Assembly: GCA_054600435.1 (NCBI GenBank)
Contig: BAAIJX010000019.1
Span: 124,001-188,000, forward strand
Length of the DNA: 64,000 bases
Source: Neophaeotheca triangularis
Taxonomy: Eukaryota
Direction of reading: 5' to 3'
The notes beneath the pieces are model-generated. The model was not told the DNA's origin. It did not search any database and saw nothing but the letters and a program-made list of their open reading frames with translations. This document shows, in pieces, positions 1-10,689 of this stretch (its first letter is position 1; each line of letters starts with the position of its first letter). Position numbers and translations under genes: made by a program.

Positions 1-1044
1 CTCCTGCTCAAACAAGTCCACAGCCCCGACCAAAATCTTGTAGGCGAAGCCATTGAAGTAGTCCGCCACCTAATCCAACGCTCACCCGACGAGCACCAAA
101 AGACCGTAACACGGCTCGCCAAGAACCTCGACTCTCTCACTTCCCCAACAGCCCGCGCCAGCATCATCTGGCTCGTAGGCGAATTTTCCGGCCCTGAAGG
201 CTCCGAAGGCATAGCTCCAGATGTCCTGCGAATCCTGATAAAAAGCTACGTCGATGAGAGCGAAGAGGTCAAGGGCCAAATTATCCTCTTAGCAGCGAAA
301 CTCTACCTCCACCACCTCAACGCCCACAATTCGAAACAAAAAGCCCTCGACAATCTCAACAGCAACGACAACGACCCCTCTGACCCGCCCTCCCCATCCC
401 CCAACGACCCTGACACCTCTCCCCTCCCCGAAAATCACCCCGTCGCCCACCTTTACACCCATGTCCTGCTCCTCGCCCGCTACACCCCCTCTTACCCCCT
501 CCGCGACCGCGCCCGCTTCCTCCGGAACCTACTATCCACACCCAGCAGCACGGACCTCGCTTCCCTGCTCCTGCTAGCCCCAAAACCCATCCCACAAGCT
601 CCTTCACCCTCGGAAAGCCGGCGCGGCTATGCTCTCGGTTCGGCTAGTCTCGTTCTGGGCCCTGATCTCGTCGGTCTGGGGGGCGCGAGGGGGTATGAGG
701 GGGTTGCGGAGTGGGTTACCGAAGGCGAGGAGCCGGATGCGCGGTTGAGGAATGTTGCGGGCGGGGGTGGCGGGGAGAAGTCTGGTGGCGTCGGGGGTCA
801 GGTTGAGAAGGGGAGTGCGAGTAGGGCGTTGGATGAGGTTTTGGCTGGGGAGGAGAGGGGGGTTGCTAGTGTTGGTGGTGGGGTAAAGGGCAAGGGAGCA
901 AAGACGCTGGATGATTGGCTGGATGAGAGTGGGAGTGAGGAGGGGAGCGAGTATGAGACTGAGAGTGAGTACGAGGAGGAAAGTGAGGAGAGTGAGAGCG
1001 AGAGCGAGAGTGAGGAGGATGAGAAGGCTGGGTTGGTCAAGTAA
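1..1044 (+). CDS. apl6: AP-3 adaptor complex beta subunit, 3' part (5' end lies outside the window)
   Basis: Frame +1 from base 1 reads LLLKQVHSPDQNLVGEAIEVVRHLIQ...ARASIIWLVGEF...LARYTPSYPLRDRARF, an adaptin beta trunk, and ends KTLDDWLDE plus an acidic tail at the stop at 1044. Confidence 0.85.
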   Translation, partial: LLLKQVHSPDQNLVGEAIEVVRHLIQRSPDEHQKTVTRLAKNLDSLTSPTARASIIWLVGEFSGPEGSEGIAPDVLRILIKSYVDESEEVKGQIILLAAKLYLHHLNAHNSKQKALDNLNSNDNDPSDPPSPSPNDPDTSPLPENHPVAHLYTHVLLLARYTPSYPLRDRARFLRNLLSTPSSTDLASLLLLAPKPIPQAPSPSESRRGYALGSASLVLGPDLVGLGGARGYEGVAEWVTEGEEPDARLRNVAGGGGGEKSGGVGGQVEKGSASRALDEVLAGEERGVASVGGGVKGKGAKTLDDWLDESGSEEGSEYETESEYEEESEESESESESEEDEKAGLVK

Positions 1045-1245
1045 TGAGTGTGTACAGGAAGAGTATCGTGCTCATGACGAGTCTTGCGTACTGCCAATTA
1101 CAATGTTACCGATCGCGGGACACTCAAATTAAAGCAGCCTAAACGCCTCTGACCGACCGACCGGGTATCGCTTCAAATATCGTCGTTGCGTTCAAGCATT
1201 TGCCTTTCCAAAACGCCAAAGGACATCCTGAGCAGAGCATGGAGC

Positions 1246-2763
1246 CTAGATGTTCTGTTCCATCTCGGTGATGTAGAGCTTGATATGGCTCTCCATCTTC
1301 ATGTACTCCTCCCTGGCACTCTGCACCTCCTGCTCGATATTCTCTTTCAAATCCGCCATCTAATCGCAAAGTCAGCAAACCCGCACTAAAAACCAATTTC
1401 GATTCGCCAAACGATGAAGAAACTCACCTTCTTCTCCGTCTGCTCAATCCGCATTCTCCTCCTCTCAACCTCATCCCCCCTCTCCCTCCTCTCATCACTT
1501 AACTCGGCATGCACGCGTCGCAAACCCTCCATCTTCTCCCGCGCACCCTGCGCCTTACTCTCCGCCTGCGTGCGCAACTTCTCCGTCCGCTCCTGCCACT
1601 GCTCCAGCTGCTTCCTCAGCATACGCTCCTGTCGCTCCACCTCCCGAACGTTGTTAACTTTCTCGGCAAGAGTCTCGCGGTTGCGCGACGCCGTTTGCGC
1701 TTCGTCTTCTTCGCGGTTGAGCTCGGTTTGCAATTCCGTGAGAATGCGCGTCAGGGAGCCAATGTCGCTGCACAGGAGGGTGAAGGTGTCGTGGCTGGTT
1801 TGAAGCGCTCTGGCGCGGCGGTCTAGACGGTCAATCTCGCTCTTGTCGTTGTTGAGGGAGGTGCTGAGGGAGTGGAGAGAGGATTCGAGAGCAGCGGGGG
1901 ACTGCTCGGTGTAGGGGCGGAGTTTGGCTGCTTCGGCGCGGACGTTGATGGCGACGGCTGTGCGGTCTTCTAGAACGGCTTTGAAGCGGTTTTGTTCGCT
2001 CTTCACGCGCTCGAGTTTCTCGGCGACGCGCTCTTGTCCTTTCTTTAGCTCTAACAGGCGGGTCTTGAGCTCTTGGTTGCGCTTCTCCTTCTCTTTCATC
2101 GCGACCTCCACATTCTTCCTGTTCCTCTGCATCTCTTGCAATTGCTCTTCCTTGTCCTGATTGCCCGCATATAGCTCCTCGATTTTCGCCTTTGTCCTCT
2201 CGCTGGAGTTGTAGTGCTCATCGATAACCGCCGTCTGGCTCTCGCGGAACCGGATAAAGTTGATGATATAGCTGAAGATCTTGACCAGCCTCTGATGTGT
2301 CGGCTTGTAGAGATCCGAGAAGGTGAAATCACGCACGCCGCATTCGACCAGTAGCTTGCGCATTGTGACAAAGAACCCCATGAGCTCGCGAGTGTCCGCC
2401 GTGAAGATGCGCTCAAAGTCGTCGGCGCCGCACATGTCTTCCGCGGCCGCGCGCATCGCCGGCGCAACCACTTCGCGCGTGGTGTTGGTCAGGAGTTCGG
2501 CGAACCATTCGAAGACTTTCTGGATTTGTTGAGGATTGGGCTTGCGGAGGTCGTCGATGGAGAACGCAATACCAATATCGCTGATGCATCCTGCGATCTC
2601 CTTGTCGGGCTGGAATGGGTTGTCAGTGTGGCTCGTGGGCAGTGCGTGTGTACTCTCTCACCAATGTCATGAAGGCATCGCCGTCGTCTTCTTGCTTGCG
2701 CTTTTGTTGTTGACTGGATTGCTGAGAGCTACGCGCCATGCTCATGCGCGGGTTAAAATCCAT
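1246..2763 (-). CDS. nuf2: Kinetochore NDC80-complex subunit Nuf2 (3 exons)
   Basis: MDFNPRMSM...[19 protein letters not shown]...[12 protein letters not shown] plus a long coiled coil; GT-AG introns at 2610-2661 and 1360-1427; last exon ends [13 protein letters not shown]. Confidence 0.92.
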
Positions 2764-3652
2764 ACTGGGCATATCGTTGCTTTGTTGCCGTCGTTGATCC
2801 GTATGCAAGTAGTTGGAGCCTCGAGCGTGAGCGTGTGCCGAGTAAAGGTGCTGCGCGATAGACGCGGAGGTGTCAACAAACAGCCGGCGTTGGCGGGGCA
2901 GACATCATGCCAAGCTTTTTTGCACTTCACTTCACCTGCCGCCCCAGTATGGCATTGGCAAAGGGTATCGAGACCGGGCCGAGATACGTACCGACATACT
3001 CTGCATACCTACAGTAAAGCCCCTGTCTACAATTGCATCAACCTATTTAAGCAACGAATCTCGGCTTCTTCCGCCACAGATGGTAGACTCGATGGCTGAA
3101 CGGCCGTCAAAAACCTCAGGTACGGGGCCTGCAACATACACGGCCATCTAGGGCGGGAGACGGCACTTGCAAGGCTCGGGTACCTTATACTCATATGCAG
3201 CTGCGACCCCAAGTACTGTGAGCAGCACGACCCACGACCAGATGCTCTATCCCCCCGTCGTTCCAATAACGTTGCCCTATAGCCAGCTCGTCAATGTTGC
3301 AACGGACTGCATCAGCGAGTGCTGCCCATCATTTGGTTTTTGGTCGCTACGGGTGAGCTCAATTACCTACTGCAGCTATGTAGGGATTCTGAAGGTCAAA
3401 GGTGATCTCGTCCCCTTGACCTTCCTCTTCTATTTGACAGCGCCCCAAGCTCCGCCCTAACCTTGCAGTCGAGAAGGTAGGTACTACTCAGCAAGCATCC
3501 CGCCTTGGGATTGACTAGCCCACTTTCGCGAAGAACTACCTCGCCTTTTCTACCTTAAGACGTCGCTCCATTCCAGTCTCCAGCTTCGGCTAGAACAATC
3601 AACACGCTGGAGTCTCACTTACCAGACCATTAACAACCGCGCATCAATCTCC

Positions 3653-5671
3653 ATGTCTTACCCCCCGCCTCCGGCACGAGAGCCCTCAGACTTCGAGCAA
3701 CTACCGGAAGAACTCATCGCTGAGATCTTCGAGTTCACCCGGGGGTTCGAAGACATCGACATATCATCCATCGCCGCACTTTGCGGAGTTTCGAGGCTGT
3801 TCTATGTGATTGGCACTCCGTACTTGTACCATAAACTTTGCATCGAAACCTCTGAAGAGCATAGGCGACACACATTGAGACCGACTCTGCTTCTCAGGAC
3901 TCTCATTCGGAAGCCTCAGCTCGGGAGGTGCATCAGGGAGCTGAGCCTGACCTATGCAAGAGAGCAGGATGACGGCCATCTTGAAGCTACGGTATCATCT
4001 CCAAGTACTGGTACAGTTTCAAATCTTGGTATAAGCCTTAACGAATTGAGGCTCTGTCTTGCCGAGATAGACTACAGCTGGCTTCGGCATACGCTTGAGT
4101 CCCACTTTCTTGCCTTCGAGCCGATGGCGACCATGTTGCTTATTCTTTGGAAGGCGACCAGGATCACAACCCTCTTCTTCTGCTTCAACGAGCCCTACAA
4201 CTTCGAGTTACGCACCGAGTCCGAGGTCCACGACGAGCCCAAAGCACAGGACTGGCATTATACCGCAGTTGCATTGCTCATGCAGTACGGTTCTAACATG
4301 GGCATCCCGCGATTCAATTCGTTGGTTCACCTTGGCGTAGGCAACCCTCACGGACGTCTCGGACTTTCCGCCGGTTACCCCAATGTCGGCGTGGATCTCG
4401 AACGACTTCCGGCACTAAAGACCCTGAGCTTCAGCGACCTCTTCGAAATCCCGTCGCCACTGAATCCCGGCCGCCGAGTAAGCGCAACTTTACGAGCCTT
4501 GAAATTCACTCATGGGAACTATCCCATGCAGGACGTCATGTGCTGGCTAAGGGGGTGCGAGTCTTTGTGTGAGATTGAGATAGACTGGAGGGATCGTCCT
4601 GCCGATGAACCTTGGCGGAACGTTACAGATCTCGGGCAGGGATTGACGAATCTTCTCTGCAGGCATCAATCGACACTTGAACGTCTCGTGCTCACGGCCA
4701 TGGAGGCAGATGAGTTTAAATTGTCGTGGATACCACCGCTTACCGACATGGACAACTTCACGAAGCTCTCGCGACTCGAAGTCGAAGCTCAGTTCCTAGG
4801 CCTTACCACAATCAGGCTGGGACATAATATCTTCGCTCCGCATATCAAGCTGCCACCAAACCTGAAATCACTTGAGATCCATAGTCAGTTTGATTTCGAT
4901 CTGATCCCTGAGATGTTCGCCGAGGTAGCACGTTTGGACCTCGGGATTCTTGAGTTCATCCGACTGACATGGCTCTTGGAAGAAGACGAATTCATGCCGG
5001 GCGAGATTACTGCTGGTGTAACGACTGGTAATTGTGGCATGGCCCTTGGGATCAGAAGGTACGGAGTCGACGATCATTTTGTCATGGAGACGGAAGTGCC
5101 GCCCACTACTTCTTTGCTCAAGGCAGTGGCTCTGGACCTTGAGTACAACGGCATACATGGGGTGCTTGAACGTAACTTCCAGCCCCGAACAGACGACCGG
5201 GGCGACGACCCGCTTGCGGCAGCCGTCAAGTTCATCGATGCCTTAGCTGCCGGCTTTGACCCAGATGCAGCTGGCGGTGCGATGAATGTTCAGACAGAGG
5301 TGCCGGTGGCGTCCACAGGACCTGAATTGGATGAGACGACCGCTAGTACGGGTACGGTCACCGAATATGCGGACGAGCCAATAGCAATGGCAGGCCCTGA
5401 AATTACCGAGGTGCTCGTGACATCGAGTGCAGTTGCCAATCCAGCGGAGGATACAGACGTCTTGATGACAGATACATCAGACTACGGCTCCACCATGGAC
5501 GAAGGAGCTGGCGGCGCAGACCCTGATACTCAGATGTCGGAGGACAAGGACGAACCCAAAGACGAAGGAAAGGACGAAGCAAAGGCTGCCGAATATTATG
5601 AGGGCAAACGCATGGTTTGGTCGACTTTTGATTATGGCATGGCGTGGCAAGCAGCGCATGAGCAGAAGTGA
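3653..5671 (+). CDS. F-box-like / LRR-like protein (672 aa)
   Basis: Long intronless ORF; N-terminal FEQLPEELIAEIFEF F-box-type motif; LRR-like segments (LPALKTLSF, LRALKF, LPPNLKSLEI). Confidence 0.65.
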   Translation: MSYPPPPAREPSDFEQLPEELIAEIFEFTRGFEDIDISSIAALCGVSRLFYVIGTPYLYHKLCIETSEEHRRHTLRPTLLLRTLIRKPQLGRCIRELSLTYAREQDDGHLEATVSSPSTGTVSNLGISLNELRLCLAEIDYSWLRHTLESHFLAFEPMATMLLILWKATRITTLFFCFNEPYNFELRTESEVHDEPKAQDWHYTAVALLMQYGSNMGIPRFNSLVHLGVGNPHGRLGLSAGYPNVGVDLERLPALKTLSFSDLFEIPSPLNPGRRVSATLRALKFTHGNYPMQDVMCWLRGCESLCEIEIDWRDRPADEPWRNVTDLGQGLTNLLCRHQSTLERLVLTAMEADEFKLSWIPPLTDMDNFTKLSRLEVEAQFLGLTTIRLGHNIFAPHIKLPPNLKSLEIHSQFDFDLIPEMFAEVARLDLGILEFIRLTWLLEEDEFMPGEITAGVTTGNCGMALGIRRYGVDDHFVMETEVPPTTSLLKAVALDLEYNGIHGVLERNFQPRTDDRGDDPLAAAVKFIDALAAGFDPDAAGGAMNVQTEVPVASTGPELDETTASTGTVTEYADEPIAMAGPEITEVLVTSSAVANPAEDTDVLMTDTSDYGSTMDEGAGGADPDTQMSEDKDEPKDEGKDEAKAAEYYEGKRMVWSTFDYGMAWQAAHEQK

Positions 5672-6884
5672 TTGCGATTGAGTGCTTCGAGAGCATGGGG
5701 GATGGGTGGCACTATCGTTGGTATTCGGTAGCTATGGCATGAATTCTGCGGACGGCATGGACGCCCGAGTGTTACTACTCGTGTATTCATGCTACATCTT
5801 GACATGTGCCAACAAACGCACGTGATAGCGATTATGTGCCAAGCTTTCTCCGCTTCACTCTAGCTTACTTCACCTCTTCTCACTACGCATGTTCAAATTC
5901 CTCTGCTCGAATTTTAGATCCTAAACGGGTTGGCAAGGCTATCCGCATCAAACACTCGGATGCTCCGTTCACCGCCCAAGCTCTGATCGGCGCCTGAACT
6001 TGACTTGTCGTTCTTTCTGACCTGGGCCACCTGGCCGTCTTCGACGCCGCGAGTCTCGAATCACGCTCGAATATACTCATGAGTCCGGCCGAGGGCACCT
6101 ATATGTTGTCGACTGCCAGAAATTTACTCCAGCGGAAGATTTTTGAGGCTCGCTGGGAGTGGACGATCTCTCGTACTATCTAGGATCCTTGTCGAGACGC
6201 AAGCGTGATTGTCGCTGGACCCGTATACTGATATGAAACGCGGTCAAAGCTGGATCTCTGTCCCGACGCCATCGAATGGGATTTTTGCCATGGCCTGCAG
6301 TGGTTTGCCCGGTCGGAGCATGAAACTTCAATATGTTCATTCACCTGCTAGTGGAACCCCAGCTCTTTCACTCTCTTCGTTTCTAAGCCCTTTTCATGGG
6401 ATTTTTGAAAGCAAAGTGCGTGGCGCGTGATTTTGGAGACTCCGTGAATGGCTATAGCCTGGAAACCGTGTCTGTCAAAACAGTGGGCCGTCATGCATGC
6501 CATAAGCAGCGAATCTACCCCGACTGCCCTTCACTACCCTCTAGAGCAGATCCGGCAATGGAACGTCAGGCAGATGTCTTATCAGCCAGGTGCGTATTCT
6601 GTTAGATTTGAGTTTTTGAGTACATTGCCATTCACATAGGGAAGCTCCAGAGTTCGTTCCTCATTGAGCCTAGCCAGGCACCCTCGAGCACACGACTTTC
6701 ACATTCACTTCGAAGCAGGCATCAGTGCACGGTCCAGCTCAGGCTATACTTTAGCCACCTTCGCCTACGCCTCGACTTTTGAACATACACACTCGACAAC
6801 TCCAGTTTCTCAAGCTACTCGTACCAGCGCTTTTTGCAGCACTCTTGGTTGAACTTCAACATCAAACTACCGCCATCCAGAGCC

Positions 6885-9071
6885 ATGGCTCCAGACAGTG
6901 GTGCTCCAGAGCACATGAGGCTGACTCCACCGCCCGAACAAATCTCCTTTGACATGAAGTCAGACGAAGGGACAGGGCTTAAGCCTTTAGCCTCCAACAG
7001 CCCTAATCTCTACCAACTGATCAAGGTCGATTCCACCTCGCCAAAGACCACGGAGGACACAAGCAAGAAGCCACCAATTCTGCAACTTCCAGCTGAGCTA
7101 TTACTCGACATCTGCGACTTGCTCATCACCGACCCGGACGACAATCAATATACAGCCGACGTCAAATCGATTTCACTGGTCTCACGCTATTTCAACGAGA
7201 TTGCTTCTTCAGTGCTGTACCGCAATTTCGAGTCTCGCACTTTCACCGACGTGCGTTGGTCTAACCATTATGAAACGCAAAGTGTCGAAAAAGCGGCTTT
7301 GAACACTCGTTGGTATCTCCTCGCACTTGCAACAAACCCTTCTCTGGCCGATCTCGTTTGTGGTACTTTCTACTTCATTCCTTTCGATACGGCACACTGC
7401 GAGCCTCCTTCACCGCACCTGATGCAGCAACTAGGCAAATTACTCGCGACTGTATTCCCTACGGAGCTGCGTAGCAAGTTGACGGACTCGCTGCACCGCG
7501 GGTGCAAAACAGCCGAACTCATCCTAATCCTTTGGATCACGACTAGCATCACGACATTGAAGATGAATTTTTACGACTGGGAAGCACCATACTCGCTGCA
7601 AAACTCTGCTTGTGCATGCTGTCTCGATATCTCATGGGTCGTTGCCACGATTTTCACTAGCATTCATCAACCAGATGGAGCAGTGGTGTGCCGATATCCG
7701 CGCCTGCGCAACGTCGACCTCTGGGGATGGAAGAAAAGATGGTCCAGTGACGACTCAAACTTAGACGCCGATGATACCCTGTTCAGGTCCGGCACTGAGT
7801 ACTCAACTGTGCTGCCATTCTTGACGCTTCCAGCTCTTTCCTCCTTCAGACTCGCAGGGTTTTCTTCTGGGGGCATAGACAGAATGGGTACAGATAACGC
7901 GCATGCTTCAGTACCGCGTGGCACCCCGAGCCTTGAAATCATCGAAATCGAAGACGAGATATCTGCACCGGACTTCTTGGACCTACTCGAAAGCTCCCGC
8001 AAGCTTCAAGTAATTTCATACCGTCCACGACCCTTCCAGAGAACCATCATTGACCTCGGGATTACCGGAAGTCTCGGCCTCCATGGACAGAGCCTTGATA
8101 GAGCCCTTGCCTCTCATCAGCAGACCCTTCACACGCTGATTTTGTTGAAGTTCGACTACGGCAACACCCCATTTGGCGCAGGTGACCCAAGACTCACAAA
8201 TCTAAGCCTGTTCAAGGCTCTCAAGAGGCTTTCGATCGACGCAAGCCTTCTAGGGTGGTCAAAAGACAGAGTTTACTGCCGAAAAAATCGTCAGCGGCTT
8301 CCCACAAACCTCGAGAAGCTGTTCGTTCATGTGAGCACAGGGATAGAAGAGAGCGTGCAAAGCATCCTCGACACTGTCACCTCCTACAGCCTTCCCAAAG
8401 TTTTCGAACTGACGCTCTCGTTTGCGTTCCCGAGTACGCTCCCACGCACTTGTGTTGGGTTCTCGAAAGTCTTATTCGAAAAGCGTGAGGATACGGTACC
8501 TATCAAGTTGGGGATACGAGTCATGGAAGATGTCTTGAGCATGGTACTGCAGTTCAAAGGCCCAAGCCTCATGTCGTTGGTGGAGGATGCATTGGAAGAT
8601 ATCGAGAGTTGCGGGCTTGACGACGTCGTGAACCGAACTTCAAAGGATGCCATTGAGCCCTACAATACCGAGCTACTGTGGGCTGGTCAGAAAGAGCAGG
8701 ATGAAGCCAGTGAAGGATCGCTGCAACAGGGCTGCAAGCAAGGTCAAGGGATGACGACGTCAGTGTCCGATCCGACTTCTCGCGTCGGGGGAATTTTCGA
8801 GGGCCCGACTACAGACGAGGCCAGTATTCCAGCTTCTTTCGCCTGCGCCTCCAGCGCAGGGGCTTTTCATGATGGGGAGGAGATCGAGAAGTGCACGAAG
8901 ACACTCGGCAAACAAGATGGCGAAGGCGACGAGCGGTTGATCGAAGGCACTGTGCTACGTTCAGTGTGGAGCATCGTACGGTCATACGACTTCGCCGCGG
9001 ACGAGGAAATCATCGATGTAGAAAACGACCTCTCTGAAGAGGTGGCAAACTGGGATGAGGTAATACGCTAG
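6885..9071 (+). CDS. F-box-like / LRR-like protein, tandem neighbour of the previous gene
   Basis: ILQLPAELLLDICDLL...ISLVSRYFNEIASSVLYR F-box-type motif; LPALSSFRL and LPTNLEKLFV repeats; first ATG at 6885. Confidence 0.65.
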   Translation: MAPDSGAPEHMRLTPPPEQISFDMKSDEGTGLKPLASNSPNLYQLIKVDSTSPKTTEDTSKKPPILQLPAELLLDICDLLITDPDDNQYTADVKSISLVSRYFNEIASSVLYRNFESRTFTDVRWSNHYETQSVEKAALNTRWYLLALATNPSLADLVCGTFYFIPFDTAHCEPPSPHLMQQLGKLLATVFPTELRSKLTDSLHRGCKTAELILILWITTSITTLKMNFYDWEAPYSLQNSACACCLDISWVVATIFTSIHQPDGAVVCRYPRLRNVDLWGWKKRWSSDDSNLDADDTLFRSGTEYSTVLPFLTLPALSSFRLAGFSSGGIDRMGTDNAHASVPRGTPSLEIIEIEDEISAPDFLDLLESSRKLQVISYRPRPFQRTIIDLGITGSLGLHGQSLDRALASHQQTLHTLILLKFDYGNTPFGAGDPRLTNLSLFKALKRLSIDASLLGWSKDRVYCRKNRQRLPTNLEKLFVHVSTGIEESVQSILDTVTSYSLPKVFELTLSFAFPSTLPRTCVGFSKVLFEKREDTVPIKLGIRVMEDVLSMVLQFKGPSLMSLVEDALEDIESCGLDDVVNRTSKDAIEPYNTELLWAGQKEQDEASEGSLQQGCKQGQGMTTSVSDPTSRVGGIFEGPTTDEASIPASFACASSAGAFHDGEEIEKCTKTLGKQDGEGDERLIEGTVLRSVWSIVRSYDFAADEEIIDVENDLSEEVANWDEVIR

Positions 9072-10689
9072 TACTGAGCGAAGGCTTCCAGACGAAAGCG
9101 GTAGTTGCGGTTTGGTAGTCCAGAGCTGCAAACCAAGCTCAAAAATATCGATTTGACAGTGAAGGAGGGTCTTAAGGGTTGAAGAGGAGAAAGTCGCGTA
9201 TGCCTGAATAGCTTTAGCACCAGTCGAGTCGTACTCATACCATGCTATCAACATTCCAATCTCCCATTGCCTTCATCATTCGGTCTGCAGCCATAATTCC
9301 TGGCCCAAGCCATCCAGCCAATGGCCCGCCCGCACCATCACCACAGTCCGCCACTTCCCAACCAAAGGCGGCCCAACGAAGCGCCCACTACACGACTCAA
9401 CGCCTCCTCCTCAATCTCACACCACTAGTCACGAAACCTCTCCCCCAAAGACCCCAACAACGCAACACCCCAGACACACAAACAGCTCTCCAAAAGCTGC
9501 CCCAAACTCAGCCGCCGTCCCAAACCAACGCACCCATCCGCTCTCGTCGCCGCACAAAACCGCCTACACCCTTCCCCACCAACCTCCAAAGCCCGAGACT
9601 GGAATCCCCGCTCAACGCGCCTGCGTGGCACCGTCCACGAAGCGCCAGGGGAGCCCGGGAAGGGGCTCTGGCGGCGAGTAACCACGAAGTCCGAGTCTCC
9701 GCAAATTCTGAGTCTGGCCCACAGCGCACGGAGACGTCGAAGCGGCTGTATTGCGAGCGCTCCCGAGGCGGTGCCGACGTGTTCTTTTCCTTCTCCCGGG
9801 GAGCAGGATGTTTCGCAAGGTGTATGTAGCTGGCGGCGTCGGGTGGTGTGGATACTTCGCCGCGCGGGGTCGACTGGTGTCGACGGCGGGATGGGGGTTT
9901 GATTCTTTTGCGAAGATGGTGGCGAGGGTTTGGCCGTGGGGGCGCGGGTTGTTTGTTGGGAGGTGGCGGTGGAGGATTTGGTTTGTTTTGTTTTTTGCGA
10001 GGTGAGAGGATTTTGGGGGAAGGTATTTGGTGTTGGCGATGAGTTTGGGGTCCGTTCTTGCGCGGTGGTGGAGATGAGAGACTCGTCTGTGGGATAGAGA
10101 AGAGGGGGGGGGGGGGGGTTGCTTTTGGGGCTTTGGGATCCGGATTAGCAGTTCAGAGATTCGAGATTCGAGATGCTTTGCATAGACACCGAGGCCTTGC
10201 TGCTTGGGGGTCGTCAAAAACGAGCGTGCCCAGGGGTTTGAAAGTCTGATACTTGGGAAATCTGCTGCTTCACCGGACTTAAATTGGATATCAGGCATCT
10301 GAAGGGGCTGTTCAGCGTCTTGCTGCTGGTGATATTATCTCCAAGGCTCGTAGCACGTCGAGGCCCTTTGCGGTTGCAAGGAAGGGGCTTACTCCTCGCC
10401 TACCAAGTACCCACGGTGCCCTTTTCGAACATGCTGGCTATCACCGGGAGAACGGAGTAGTCGAAGTACTTGAGGTGACCAGATTAAGCGGAAATGTCTC
10501 CGGCAAAGAGTGACTTCTCTTTTCTCAAGGACTAGCCACGGTTGTAGGAAGTCCCTAGACTTGCGACGGTTGCTCAGAATGGTTGCGAAGAGACAAGAAG
10601 GCATGACTATAACCCAAACAACGCGAATAAGTGCGATACAGGATAGCCCCCCGCCCCCCAACAAGAACACCAACTCCCGTCCCTTTCAT

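Noticed and set aside
9242..10298. ORFs 9242-9829(+) and 9612-10298(-) as genes
   Set aside because: Low-complexity overlapping ORFs with no recognisable motif; cannot be supported
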